In this document: one piece after another, positions 23,874 through 31,382 of the stretch
Layout of the letters: each line of letters starts with the position of its first letter
Position numbering within the stretch: position 1 is the stretch's first letter
Assembly: GCA_964650945.1 (NCBI GenBank)
Contig: CAZYXU010000004.1
Location: 2,594-66,593 of the forward strand
Origin: an uncultured Verrucomicrobiota bacterium
GTDB lineage: Bacteria; Verrucomicrobiota; Kiritimatiellia; JAAZAB01
Direction of reading: 5' to 3'
Length of the DNA: 64,000 nucleotides
Translations under genes and position numbers: made by a program
Notes under the pieces: generated by a model
Told to the model about the DNA's origin: nothing
Database searches by the model: none
Seen by the model: only the letters and a program-made list of their open reading frames with translations

Positions 23874-25361
23874 ATGAGCAATAATAACAACATAACCACC
23901 ACTTCATTTGACTCATCGGAAAGCGGCATCTTCGGCGATGTGCTGAACGGCCGCGCGCCGGTTGCGCCGTTAAAAATCGGATTGCTTGGACTGGGATATT
24001 TCGAGTACTGGCGCATGTATCCCCGGCTGCGTGAGATTGTCTGCGCTGACCTTGACGGACTTTTTGCCCGTCTGCAAACAGCCTTGCACGACTGCGATCT
24101 GGTTTATCCCGGCATGGTGGATACGCTGGATCGGGCCGAGGCCGCCGGCGCCGATTTTGCTGCGCAACATATTGATGTGATCGTGGTTGCCGAAGGCACC
24201 TATACGCCGGATTTCATCACCCTGCACGCCATCAACCGTGCCGGTGGCGCACCGCGGATTATCATGCTGAACACCCAAACCGGCCATGATGTCGCGCCGG
24301 ACGACGATTACATGGCCACCATGCGCAACAGCGCACTGATCGGAATTTCCCAGCTAACGGGATCATTCCGCAAAATGCAAAAGTCATACGAGGTCATTTG
24401 CGGCGAAATCGCCGATCCCGCCATCTTCGATCAGATCAATCAACAAGTAAAGGTATGGCAAGCCGTCAAGAAATTGCAATCCAGCACGTTTGGCCTGATC
24501 GGCAATGTATTTCGCGGTATGTATGACCTGGAATTCGACAAGGCCAAAGTCAAAGGTTTTTTAGGGCCGGAAGTAATGACCATCCAGTCCGAACACTTGC
24601 TGCATATCTGGCGCAATATAACGCCGGATGCCGCCCGAAGCGCCGCCGGACAACTGGCAAAGCGCTTTAAAACCCGGAATATCACGGCGGACGACTTGGG
24701 AAACTCCTGCCGGCTTGCCCTTGCGTTGAAAGAACTCTGCTTCAAATACAACCTGGACGGTTTGTGTTTCCTCGGCCAACACTACCTGGAAAAAATGACT
24801 GGCGCGCCGGCGCGGCTGGGCGCATCCCTGCTCTTGGAAAGCGAACGGGTCATGACAACCTGTGAAGGAGATATTGCCGGCTTGGTGATGATGCAACTGA
24901 TGTATGAGTTCACCGGCAATATTCCACTGCAGGCGGAATGGGGCCAATTCGATCTCCGTCACAATGCCCTGTTCATGCTGGGGCACGGAATTGCGGCCGC
25001 GACACTGGCACAGAATGACGCGGCCGTAACACTGACAGGCGCGCCGGAGGAATGGGGTTTTATAGGCAACGGCGTGAATTACGAAATGATTATGAAACCC
25101 GGCCCGGTGACCATGGGACACATTTTGAACGCCGGCGAGAGCTGGCGGATGTTCATTTCCGAGGGCGAAGCAATCGATTTCCCATGCCTGCCTTGCAATG
25201 AAATCCACGCCATGATCAAGCTGACCACCCCGGTTCAGGAATACCTCACAAAAGTGTTGCGTCAAGGTGTGGCACATCATGTCATCATTGTGCACGGACA
25301 TGTTGCCGGGCAATTGCGGCAGGCAGCCGCGGCGATGCGTGTTGAACAATTTACCATCTAA
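23874..25361 (+). CDS. L-arabinose/L-fucose isomerase family protein
   Basis: This is ORF 23826..25361, with the start placed at ATG 23874. KIGLLGLGYFEYW, CEGDIAGLVMMQL and GVAHHVIIVHG match the AraA-like isomerase pattern. Confidence 0.7.
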   Translation: MSNNNNITTTSFDSSESGIFGDVLNGRAPVAPLKIGLLGLGYFEYWRMYPRLREIVCADLDGLFARLQTALHDCDLVYPGMVDTLDRAEAAGADFAAQHIDVIVVAEGTYTPDFITLHAINRAGGAPRIIMLNTQTGHDVAPDDDYMATMRNSALIGISQLTGSFRKMQKSYEVICGEIADPAIFDQINQQVKVWQAVKKLQSSTFGLIGNVFRGMYDLEFDKAKVKGFLGPEVMTIQSEHLLHIWRNITPDAARSAAGQLAKRFKTRNITADDLGNSCRLALALKELCFKYNLDGLCFLGQHYLEKMTGAPARLGASLLLESERVMTTCEGDIAGLVMMQLMYEFTGNIPLQAEWGQFDLRHNALFMLGHGIAAATLAQNDAAVTLTGAPEEWGFIGNGVNYEMIMKPGPVTMGHILNAGESWRMFISEGEAIDFPCLPCNEIHAMIKLTTPVQEYLTKVLRQGVAHHVIIVHGHVAGQLRQAAAAMRVEQFTI

Positions 25362-25375
25362 ATGGAATCATCTCC

Positions 25376-26542
25376 ATGTCAAAAATCACAAAATCGGAAT
25401 TTGAAACACGCATCCAAACCATCCAGGCAGGAATGGCCGAAGCGAAACTGGACGCGTTGATGGTCTATGGCGATGAATACCGCAAAGAAAACCTGCGATA
25501 TGTATGCAATTTCTGGCCGATTTTCGAGCGCGCCGCCTGCTTCATCCCCCGGCAAGGCGCGCCGGTCGTAGCCGGCGCGCCGGAAGGCGAAAAATACGCC
25601 CGGGAAATGTCCGTTTGGGACGATATCCGTAATTTGCGTGAATTCGCCTGCGTCTCCGTGCCGGAAGAAATTGATTATCCACTCGCCAAATTCTCATCAT
25701 TGAAAGAAGTCATCGCCAAAATCCTGGACAGCGGCAAAACACTGGGGATTGTCGGAACTTGGGACATCCCCGCCCCGATTATGGATCGGATCAAGATCGC
25801 GGCTGGAAGCGCCCAAATTGTTGACAGCGCCGCGATCATCAACAAGGCCCGGATCATCAAATCACCCGCGGAAATCGCCTGTTTGCGGGAGGCCGGACGC
25901 CAGGCATGTGCCGGATACAAAAAACTCATTGAATTTGCCGTGCCGGGCAATACCGAAACCATGGCCGCCGGCGCCGCCGAGGGCACGGCGCGCATGGCCG
26001 GCGCCGAAGATATCAATTTTACCGTCTTCGGCAGTGGCGTGCGCGCCGCCACCATCATTGGCCGGGCAACCAATAAAATCATCCGTGACGGCGACATGAT
26101 CATGGCCGCGATGGCCGTCCAATACGAGGGTTATGTGGCCACTGTGGAATACCCGTTTGTCGCCGGCAACCCCACCGCCGGACAAAAGCGCTTTTTAAAC
26201 GCCTTGTTCGAGGCCGCCGAAACGCAACAACGTTTTCTTAAAGACGGTGTTATTGCGGGCGAAATGGTCCGGTCAGTCAAGGCGGTATTCCAAAAACATG
26301 GCTTGTCGCAATACGACGTATATCCGCCCATGCACGGCATCGGCCTGGCCGAGGCGGAATCGCCATACCCCGATGAAAAAGCCGAGTACCCGCTAAAAGC
26401 CGGCATGTGCGTTAATTCCGATGTCAGCCTGTTCGGTCATCCGGATGGATCGAACCGGATTGAAGAAGGTTTTGTTGTCACGACAACCGGTCCGGAATCC
26501 CTGACTCCGTATATTCGGGAACTGGTGGCAAGGAGCATCTAA
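25376..26542 (+). CDS. M24 family (creatinase/prolidase fold) protein, probably not a metallopeptidase
   Basis: It has a creatinase-N-like N-terminus (LDALMVYGDEYRKENLRY) and a pita-bread C-terminal domain (KSPAEIACLREAG, GDMIMAAMAVQYEGYVATVEYPF, HGIGL, RIEEGFVVT). The two canonical Asp metal ligands appear to be replaced. Confidence 0.8.
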   Translation: MSKITKSEFETRIQTIQAGMAEAKLDALMVYGDEYRKENLRYVCNFWPIFERAACFIPRQGAPVVAGAPEGEKYAREMSVWDDIRNLREFACVSVPEEIDYPLAKFSSLKEVIAKILDSGKTLGIVGTWDIPAPIMDRIKIAAGSAQIVDSAAIINKARIIKSPAEIACLREAGRQACAGYKKLIEFAVPGNTETMAAGAAEGTARMAGAEDINFTVFGSGVRAATIIGRATNKIIRDGDMIMAAMAVQYEGYVATVEYPFVAGNPTAGQKRFLNALFEAAETQQRFLKDGVIAGEMVRSVKAVFQKHGLSQYDVYPPMHGIGLAEAESPYPDEKAEYPLKAGMCVNSDVSLFGHPDGSNRIEEGFVVTTTGPESLTPYIRELVARSI

Positions 26543-26595
26543 CCGTTAGCCAAACAATTCTAATCCATCGACATAATCCCAAGGAAGCAGGCAAA

Positions 26596-26964
26596 ATGAA
26601 CGGCGGCGCGAAAACCTGGTATTTTCCGGACGGTTACCTGCCGGAGAAAAACAACAGCGGCCCGATGGAAGCGCATGAGGCATTGATGCTCTTCAACACG
26701 AACAATGAAGCGGCGCTAATCATGATTGACGTGTATTTTTCCGACAGCGCGCCGGCGAAAGACATAGCGGTCGAGGTGGCGCCGGAACGGATCAAGACCT
26801 TGCGGTTGGATCATCCGCAGGATTTAGGCGGATTGAAAATTCCACCGCTCACCCAATATGCGCTCCGGATCAGGTCTAACATTAATATTGTCGCACAATT
26901 CGGCCGTCTGGATACCACCCAGTCCAACATGGCGTACTACACCGGTCAGGGATATCATGCATAG
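26596..26964 (+). CDS. ASRT (Anabaena sensory rhodopsin transducer) family protein
   Basis: A 122-aa protein. WYFPDGYLPE, HEALMLFNTNNEAALIMIDVYFSDSAP and SNINIVAQFGRLDTTQ align with my recollection of ASRT (WAIAEGYIPP, HETVCILNAGDEDAHVEITIYYSDKEP, SNVPIVVQHTRLDSRQ). Confidence 0.75.
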   Translation: MNGGAKTWYFPDGYLPEKNNSGPMEAHEALMLFNTNNEAALIMIDVYFSDSAPAKDIAVEVAPERIKTLRLDHPQDLGGLKIPPLTQYALRIRSNINIVAQFGRLDTTQSNMAYYTGQGYHA

Positions 26965-27024
26965 AATAATCGCCGGAATATCTCATAAAACCGCAAAGAA
27001 CCCAAAAAAAAGGAGTGCGGGATA

Positions 27025-28197
27025 GTGCCATCGCGATCAAAATATCGAGCCACACCAATGCCGGATGCTTCGTTGTGGGTGCAAAGCTATTACAAGGACC
27101 AACACCTGACCCGTGAGGAAGTGTCGAACATATCCGGCGCCTCCGACGTCTATCACAATTGGTGGCGCCGCGTCTCGCCGGATAACGGGCGCACCTGGTC
27201 GGACCCGGTTCCGATAACCGAGCCCCTGCCGGGTGTCCCGTTGCAACAAACCTTGTCGGGCGGGGGGATGGTTGTTTATCCGCAAATTGTGGCCGCCGAT
27301 CCGCGCACCGGGAAGTGTTACAAGTTCCAGATGCAACGGCTTTTCCCGGGACACAAATCGTTTGAATACAAACAAATCAAGTCGTGTGAACTGATTGACC
27401 ATGTGTTTGTGACGGAACAGGATGGCCCACCGCGCCTGTTACGTTATGAAGATGGCCCGGAATGCGATTGGCGGGCGCCTTTTGATTCGGCATATTGCCG
27501 CACGAACCGGGCCTATTTCGGCGTGAACGCCGAAATTGAACCAGACGGCGCCGTTCTTTTTGCGGTCACAGCTCCCGTTTGGCGTGGCACCGGTCCGCTG
27601 AATGGAATTTGCCTGTTCCGGCGCGACCCGGTCTCCGGTCAATGGTTGTCTTCCAATGTCGTGTTTATCAATCCCGACTGGTCTGCGCGCGGATTGATGG
27701 AGCCCAGCGTTGCCCGGCTGAAAAGCGGAAATATTTTGGTTGTCTGCCGCGGATCCGACACGGCCAGCACACCGGGCCGGAAATGGTTTGTTTATTCGAC
27801 CGACAACGGGCGCACATTAAGCGACGTTCAGGAACTTCGCTATGATGACGGCACGCGGTTTTATTCCCCTTCATCCATGCATCGGTTGATCCGCAGTGCG
27901 CGCAACGGTGTGTTATATTGGATTGCCAACATTGTGCCAGCCCCCCCCAGCGGTAATGCGCCACGCTATCCGCTGGTGATCGCGCACATGGATGAGGCAC
28001 GCATGGCGGTGGTCAAATCCCGTCTGGAGACGATAGACGACAAGGCTCCAAACGATCCGGATATTCTGCAACTCTCCAATTTCTGCGCAATGGAAGATCG
28101 TGAAACGAATAACATTGAAATATTAATGACCCGCTGGGGTGAAATCCCGGGACGCAAATGGCACGGCGACTGTTATCGGTATGTTTATACGCCCTGA
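27025..28197 (+). CDS. BNR/Asp-box beta-propeller protein (sialidase-like), no signal peptide
   Basis: AGGAG lies 9 nt before the GTG at 27025. The Asp-boxes are SPDNGRTWS and STDNGRTLS. It is a clear paralog of the 33600 gene (SARGLMEPSVARLKSGNILVVCRGS against SARGLCEPTLAEMADGSILMIMRGS). Confidence 0.8.
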   Translation: MPSRSKYRATPMPDASLWVQSYYKDQHLTREEVSNISGASDVYHNWWRRVSPDNGRTWSDPVPITEPLPGVPLQQTLSGGGMVVYPQIVAADPRTGKCYKFQMQRLFPGHKSFEYKQIKSCELIDHVFVTEQDGPPRLLRYEDGPECDWRAPFDSAYCRTNRAYFGVNAEIEPDGAVLFAVTAPVWRGTGPLNGICLFRRDPVSGQWLSSNVVFINPDWSARGLMEPSVARLKSGNILVVCRGSDTASTPGRKWFVYSTDNGRTLSDVQELRYDDGTRFYSPSSMHRLIRSARNGVLYWIANIVPAPPSGNAPRYPLVIAHMDEARMAVVKSRLETIDDKAPNDPDILQLSNFCAMEDRETNNIEILMTRWGEIPGRKWHGDCYRYVYTP

Positions 28198-28227
28198 CCC
28201 TGCTGTCCGGTTTAAAACCCTGGTGAG

Positions 28228-28252
28228 CCAATTTCAAAAGTCTGAAAATTGG
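28228..28252 (-). repeat. Inverted partial copy of the AT-rich GACTTTTGAAA motif; also a possible weak hairpin after the BNR gene
   Basis: TTTCAAAAGTC at 28232-28242 is the exact reverse complement of GACTTTTGAAA at 28451-28461 and 29616-29626. The segment CCAATTT..AAATTGG can form a 7-bp stem. Confidence 0.6.
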
Positions 28253-28279
28253 TGATTTAATATTTGAGGTAATTTAATA

Positions 28280-28426
28280 ATGAAGGTAACAGCTCGGTCT
28301 CCTGACGTGCTTGTCTTCTTTGTGTCGCGCGACACACTGGCCAAACTCGTGCCGCGGAATGTAATCCATCTCGATCATCATTGTACCGGACAGCAGTGGT
28401 TTGATACGATTGAACCGTCAGAGTAA
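28280..28426 (+). CDS. Possible 48-aa ORF inside the AT-rich island (doubtful)
   Basis: The sequence is MKVTARSPDVLVFFVSRDTLAKLVPRNVIHLDHHCTGQQWFDTIEPSE. GAGG lies about 10 nt upstream. It is too short for the ORF track, and I recognise no family. Confidence 0.2.
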   Translation: MKVTARSPDVLVFFVSRDTLAKLVPRNVIHLDHHCTGQQWFDTIEPSE

Positions 28427-28470
28427 ATTTATCAATATCAAATTTCAGTGGACTTTTGAAAGTAACTCAA
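28423..28470 (+). repeat. AT-rich ~48-bp motif, copy M1 (GTAAATTT..ATCAAATTTCAGTGGACTTTTGAAAGTAACTCAA)
   Basis: The 34-nt core at 28437-28470 matches 29602-29635 at 30 of 34 positions by hand count. The copy ends 2 nt before the GH16 ATG. Confidence 0.8.
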
Positions 28471-28472
28471 GC

Positions 28473-29462
28473 ATGCACGCTATGCGAAAAATAATCCCCG
28501 GTATCCTGCTGGTGATCTTGTCCGTATCCGCGGCCCATGCCTTGCCGCCTGTTCTCGCGCAGGGCTGGCATCTGGTGTGGTCCGACGAATTCACGGGCGT
28601 GGCGCTGGACGGAACGAAATGGGAGCACGCTCCCGAGTGGAAGAGAAGAGAGAACCAGTGGTGGTCGGATCAGGACGCCTATTTGGACGGAACTAACAAT
28701 CTGGTTCTGCGCATGCGGCGCAACGACGGTGCGATCTACGCCGGCGCCATCCGGACCAGGAGAGATTGGCCGTATGACGGCCAGATCTTATTCGAACGTA
28801 AGCATGGCTATTTCGAGATCCGGACGACCTTACCCGTGATCCCGAACGCCTGGGGGGCATTCTGGATGGTGCCGTCCGGATCCAATCCCTATACGGTCAC
28901 GAATGGCAGCGATGGTTCCGAGATCGACATTTTCGAGACCATTCATTCCACCCAAGGCTGGATCAATCACGCCATCTACTGGGGTGCTTACGGGGCCAGC
29001 AAAGATGTGACGAACAAGCCCGGTCTTTACGAGGGCTACCACACCGTCGGGCTGCTCTGGACGGACAACGAGTACCGCTTCTATGTAGATGACGAGGAGA
29101 CGTGGCGCACCACGGCCAATAATGGCGTCATGCAGGTGCCAGCCTATTTGAAGATCACGATGGAAGCGAATCCGGGCGCATACGACCATTTAGCCACGCC
29201 CAAGACCATGCTGGTGGACTACGTCCGAGTCTATGCGCCGGTCCCGCCCGCCGGGAGCATCATTAGTATTGCCGCCGACAGCGGCCACACCTTTCTGCAA
29301 CGGCGAGGCGCTTGGTCCAATCTTCTCTGTATGGTAGATTCCGATGCTCGCACCGATTTGCTTTTGACCATGGCCGGGCTGCAGCGCGGACTGATGAAAT
29401 TGAGTCAACAACTTTCGATTTTTCAGGCATCATTAAAAACACACATCGTTTTTTACAAATAA
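28473..29462 (+). CDS. GH16 family glycoside hydrolase (beta-glucanase/laminarinase-like), secreted
   Basis: This is ORF 28401..29462, with the start placed at ATG 28473 (MHAMRKIIPGILLVILSVSAAHA, a signal peptide). It has WSDEF and the catalytic ExDxxE motif (GSEIDIFE), and LVDYVRVY marks the end of the jelly-roll. The ~70-aa C-terminal tail is atypical and AT-rich. Confidence 0.85.
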   Translation: MHAMRKIIPGILLVILSVSAAHALPPVLAQGWHLVWSDEFTGVALDGTKWEHAPEWKRRENQWWSDQDAYLDGTNNLVLRMRRNDGAIYAGAIRTRRDWPYDGQILFERKHGYFEIRTTLPVIPNAWGAFWMVPSGSNPYTVTNGSDGSEIDIFETIHSTQGWINHAIYWGAYGASKDVTNKPGLYEGYHTVGLLWTDNEYRFYVDDEETWRTTANNGVMQVPAYLKITMEANPGAYDHLATPKTMLVDYVRVYAPVPPAGSIISIAADSGHTFLQRRGAWSNLLCMVDSDARTDLLLTMAGLQRGLMKLSQQLSIFQASLKTHIVFYK

Positions 29463-29589
29463 AAGATCGCCCTGCGGGCGAGGCCATTATGCCGCAACTG
29501 CTGTGTTGGCAAGGGCTTGGAGCATATGAATACACCGGCGCCCTTGCCGCCGCGCATCGGCGGCATGCTGACCTCATCACAGATTCAGG
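29461..29589 (+). repeat. 129-nt structured repeat element, copy 1 (candidate structured RNA)
   Basis: It aligns without gaps to 50441-50569, with about 105 of 129 positions identical by hand count. The nested helices are 29480-29495/29560-29575 and 29508-29516/29540-29548. Confidence 0.8.
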
Positions 29590-29635
29590 TAAATTTTAAA
29601 CATCAAATTTCGGTGGACTTTTGAAAACAACTTAA
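29589..29635 (+). repeat. AT-rich ~48-bp motif, copy M2
   Basis: The sequence is GTAAATTTTAAACATCAAATTTCGGTGGACTTTTGAAAACAACTTAA. It follows structured repeat copy 1 directly and lies 100 nt upstream of the beta-helix gene. Confidence 0.8.
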
Positions 29636-29734
29636 TATTATCGAAAAACGACAGGACGGATTTTAGAATGACTGGTATGCGGATTAAATTCGGCCGGCAC
29701 GGGTGCTAAAAACCGTAAGCAGGAGGAAGCAGAC

Positions 29735-31333
29735 ATGAAAAGGTATGTTTTGGGTTGCCGCATCATTGTGGTCGCGTTGGCCTACCATATGCTGGCGCTC
29801 GGCTTGTGTCCCGCGTGGGCGCAAATGACCGCTTATGTGTCGCTCGACGGCGACAACTCGTCCGGCAGCAGTTGGGCGACGGCCTTCAATACGATCGCCG
29901 CCGGTATCGCGCATGCCGTGGGGCCAACAAATGTCGTGCTGGTGTCCAACGGGGTTTACAACGTCAGTGCCCAGATCTATGTCAGCAGCGCCATCACCCT
30001 CACAAGTTTGAACGGACGCGCATGGACATCCATCAACGGGGGCGGCATCACGCGGTGCCTGCATTTGAATCATGCGGACGCCGTGGTGGATGGCTTTACC
30101 ATCTCCAACGGGCTGGCGGAGTCCACCTCATACAACGACAGCGGCGGCGGCGTACGATTGACCCGGGGGCTGCTGCGCAATTGCGAGGTCCGCGACAACA
30201 TCGCCAATCGTTACGGCGGGGGAGTGTGTTTCGATCAGGTTTCGACCAATGCCACGGTGTTGGATTGCATCATCGCCAATAATCAAACCACCAACACGGA
30301 TACCTACTCGTTTGGCGGCGGCATTTACCTCCAGGGGACAGGCTCGATCGTCCGCGGCGCCAAGATCGCCGGCAACACGGCGCTGCTGCGCGGCGGGGGC
30401 ATCTTTGCCACGCGGGGCCAGAATCTGCTGATCGCCGACTGCATCGTCAGCAACAATACCAGCACCGGCGTTTTTATTGACAATTCATGGCCGTTGAGCG
30501 GCGTTCTGGTTACGAATTGCAACGTGGTTAATAACAGCCTCGTTGGGGTGTACTTCGCTTATGGCGCAGGCGGCACCGTGATCGACTCTACCATCAGCCA
30601 CAATGCCCGCGGGATTATGTTCAACGGCACCACTAACTTTGTCGCCCTGGCAAAGAATTGCATGATTTTCAATAATTCCAATGCGACGGACGTATGCGGC
30701 GGGGTGTATTTCAACCAGGCCGGCACGGCGCAGAACTGCATGATTGTCTCCAATTATTCGAATTATGATGGCGGCGGCGTGTATATGACCAGAGGCGGGC
30801 GCCTGCTCAATTGCCTGGTCGCCCAGAATACGGCCAATCCCGCCGGCCGCTATGGCGGCGGCGTGCTGATGCATACCATGAACCTGGACAACGGATCGGG
30901 CATCAGCGCCTGCACGATTGTCGGCAACACCGCCCGTAACGGCGGCGGGCTGTCTTTCTTTGTTTCAACCAACACCGATTTCGTGGTAAACAGCATCATT
31001 GCCAGCAATACCGCCAGCGTGTCCGGGAACGACCTGTACGATTATGCCACGCAGAGTTCCAACGCGTTTTTCCATAGCTGTATTCAAGTGGCCAGCCTGG
31101 CGCAGGGTAAGAACAATATTACCAACCGCGACCCACAATTCGTGTCGTCGGCAACCGATGACTTCCGCCTGCAGGCGAATTCGCCCTGCATCAATGCCGG
31201 CATTAATCAGATGGGATGGATGGCGGGGGCCGAGGACCTTGACGGCTATTCCCGCATTGATCGTTACAGTGGCATTGTGGATATGGGCTGTTACGAATAC
31301 CGGATCGCCGGCACGATGATCATGCTCCGGTAG
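29735..31333 (+). CDS. Secreted right-handed parallel beta-helix repeat protein with a choice-of-anchor-Q-like C-terminus
   Basis: AGGAGG lies before the ATG, and there is a signal peptide. PbH1-like turns recur (GGGV, NN.A...GGG). The C-terminus DPQFVSSATDDFRLQANSPCINAG..DLDGYSRI..DMGCYEY is typical of that domain. Confidence 0.8.
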   Translation: MKRYVLGCRIIVVALAYHMLALGLCPAWAQMTAYVSLDGDNSSGSSWATAFNTIAAGIAHAVGPTNVVLVSNGVYNVSAQIYVSSAITLTSLNGRAWTSINGGGITRCLHLNHADAVVDGFTISNGLAESTSYNDSGGGVRLTRGLLRNCEVRDNIANRYGGGVCFDQVSTNATVLDCIIANNQTTNTDTYSFGGGIYLQGTGSIVRGAKIAGNTALLRGGGIFATRGQNLLIADCIVSNNTSTGVFIDNSWPLSGVLVTNCNVVNNSLVGVYFAYGAGGTVIDSTISHNARGIMFNGTTNFVALAKNCMIFNNSNATDVCGGVYFNQAGTAQNCMIVSNYSNYDGGGVYMTRGGRLLNCLVAQNTANPAGRYGGGVLMHTMNLDNGSGISACTIVGNTARNGGGLSFFVSTNTDFVVNSIIASNTASVSGNDLYDYATQSSNAFFHSCIQVASLAQGKNNITNRDPQFVSSATDDFRLQANSPCINAGINQMGWMAGAEDLDGYSRIDRYSGIVDMGCYEYRIAGTMIMLR

Positions 31334-31382
31334 TCAACGCATTGCCTGGCATGCCGGGGCCGTCCAAGGAGGAAATACGATT

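Noticed and set aside
28449-28463. A sigma-54 promoter in the AT-rich motif (TGGAC-N-TTGAAA).
   Set aside because: The GG and GC doublets of the -24/-12 consensus (TGGCAC-N5-TTGC) do not line up. The position expected to be GC reads GT in one copy and AC in the other.
29458-29580. A small Cys-rich peptide encoded on the minus strand of the 129-nt repeat (MRSACRRCAAAR..PCQHSSCGIM against MRTVCRGCAAAR..PCQQSRCGIM), or a 36-aa + strand peptide (MPQLLCWQGLG..).
   Set aside because: I compared the two copies codon by codon. Only about 2 of ~17 differing codons are synonymous, and changes hit all three codon positions. The + strand frame has a stop after 12 codons in copy 2. The conservation pattern follows helices and loops instead, so a structured nucleic-acid element explains it better.
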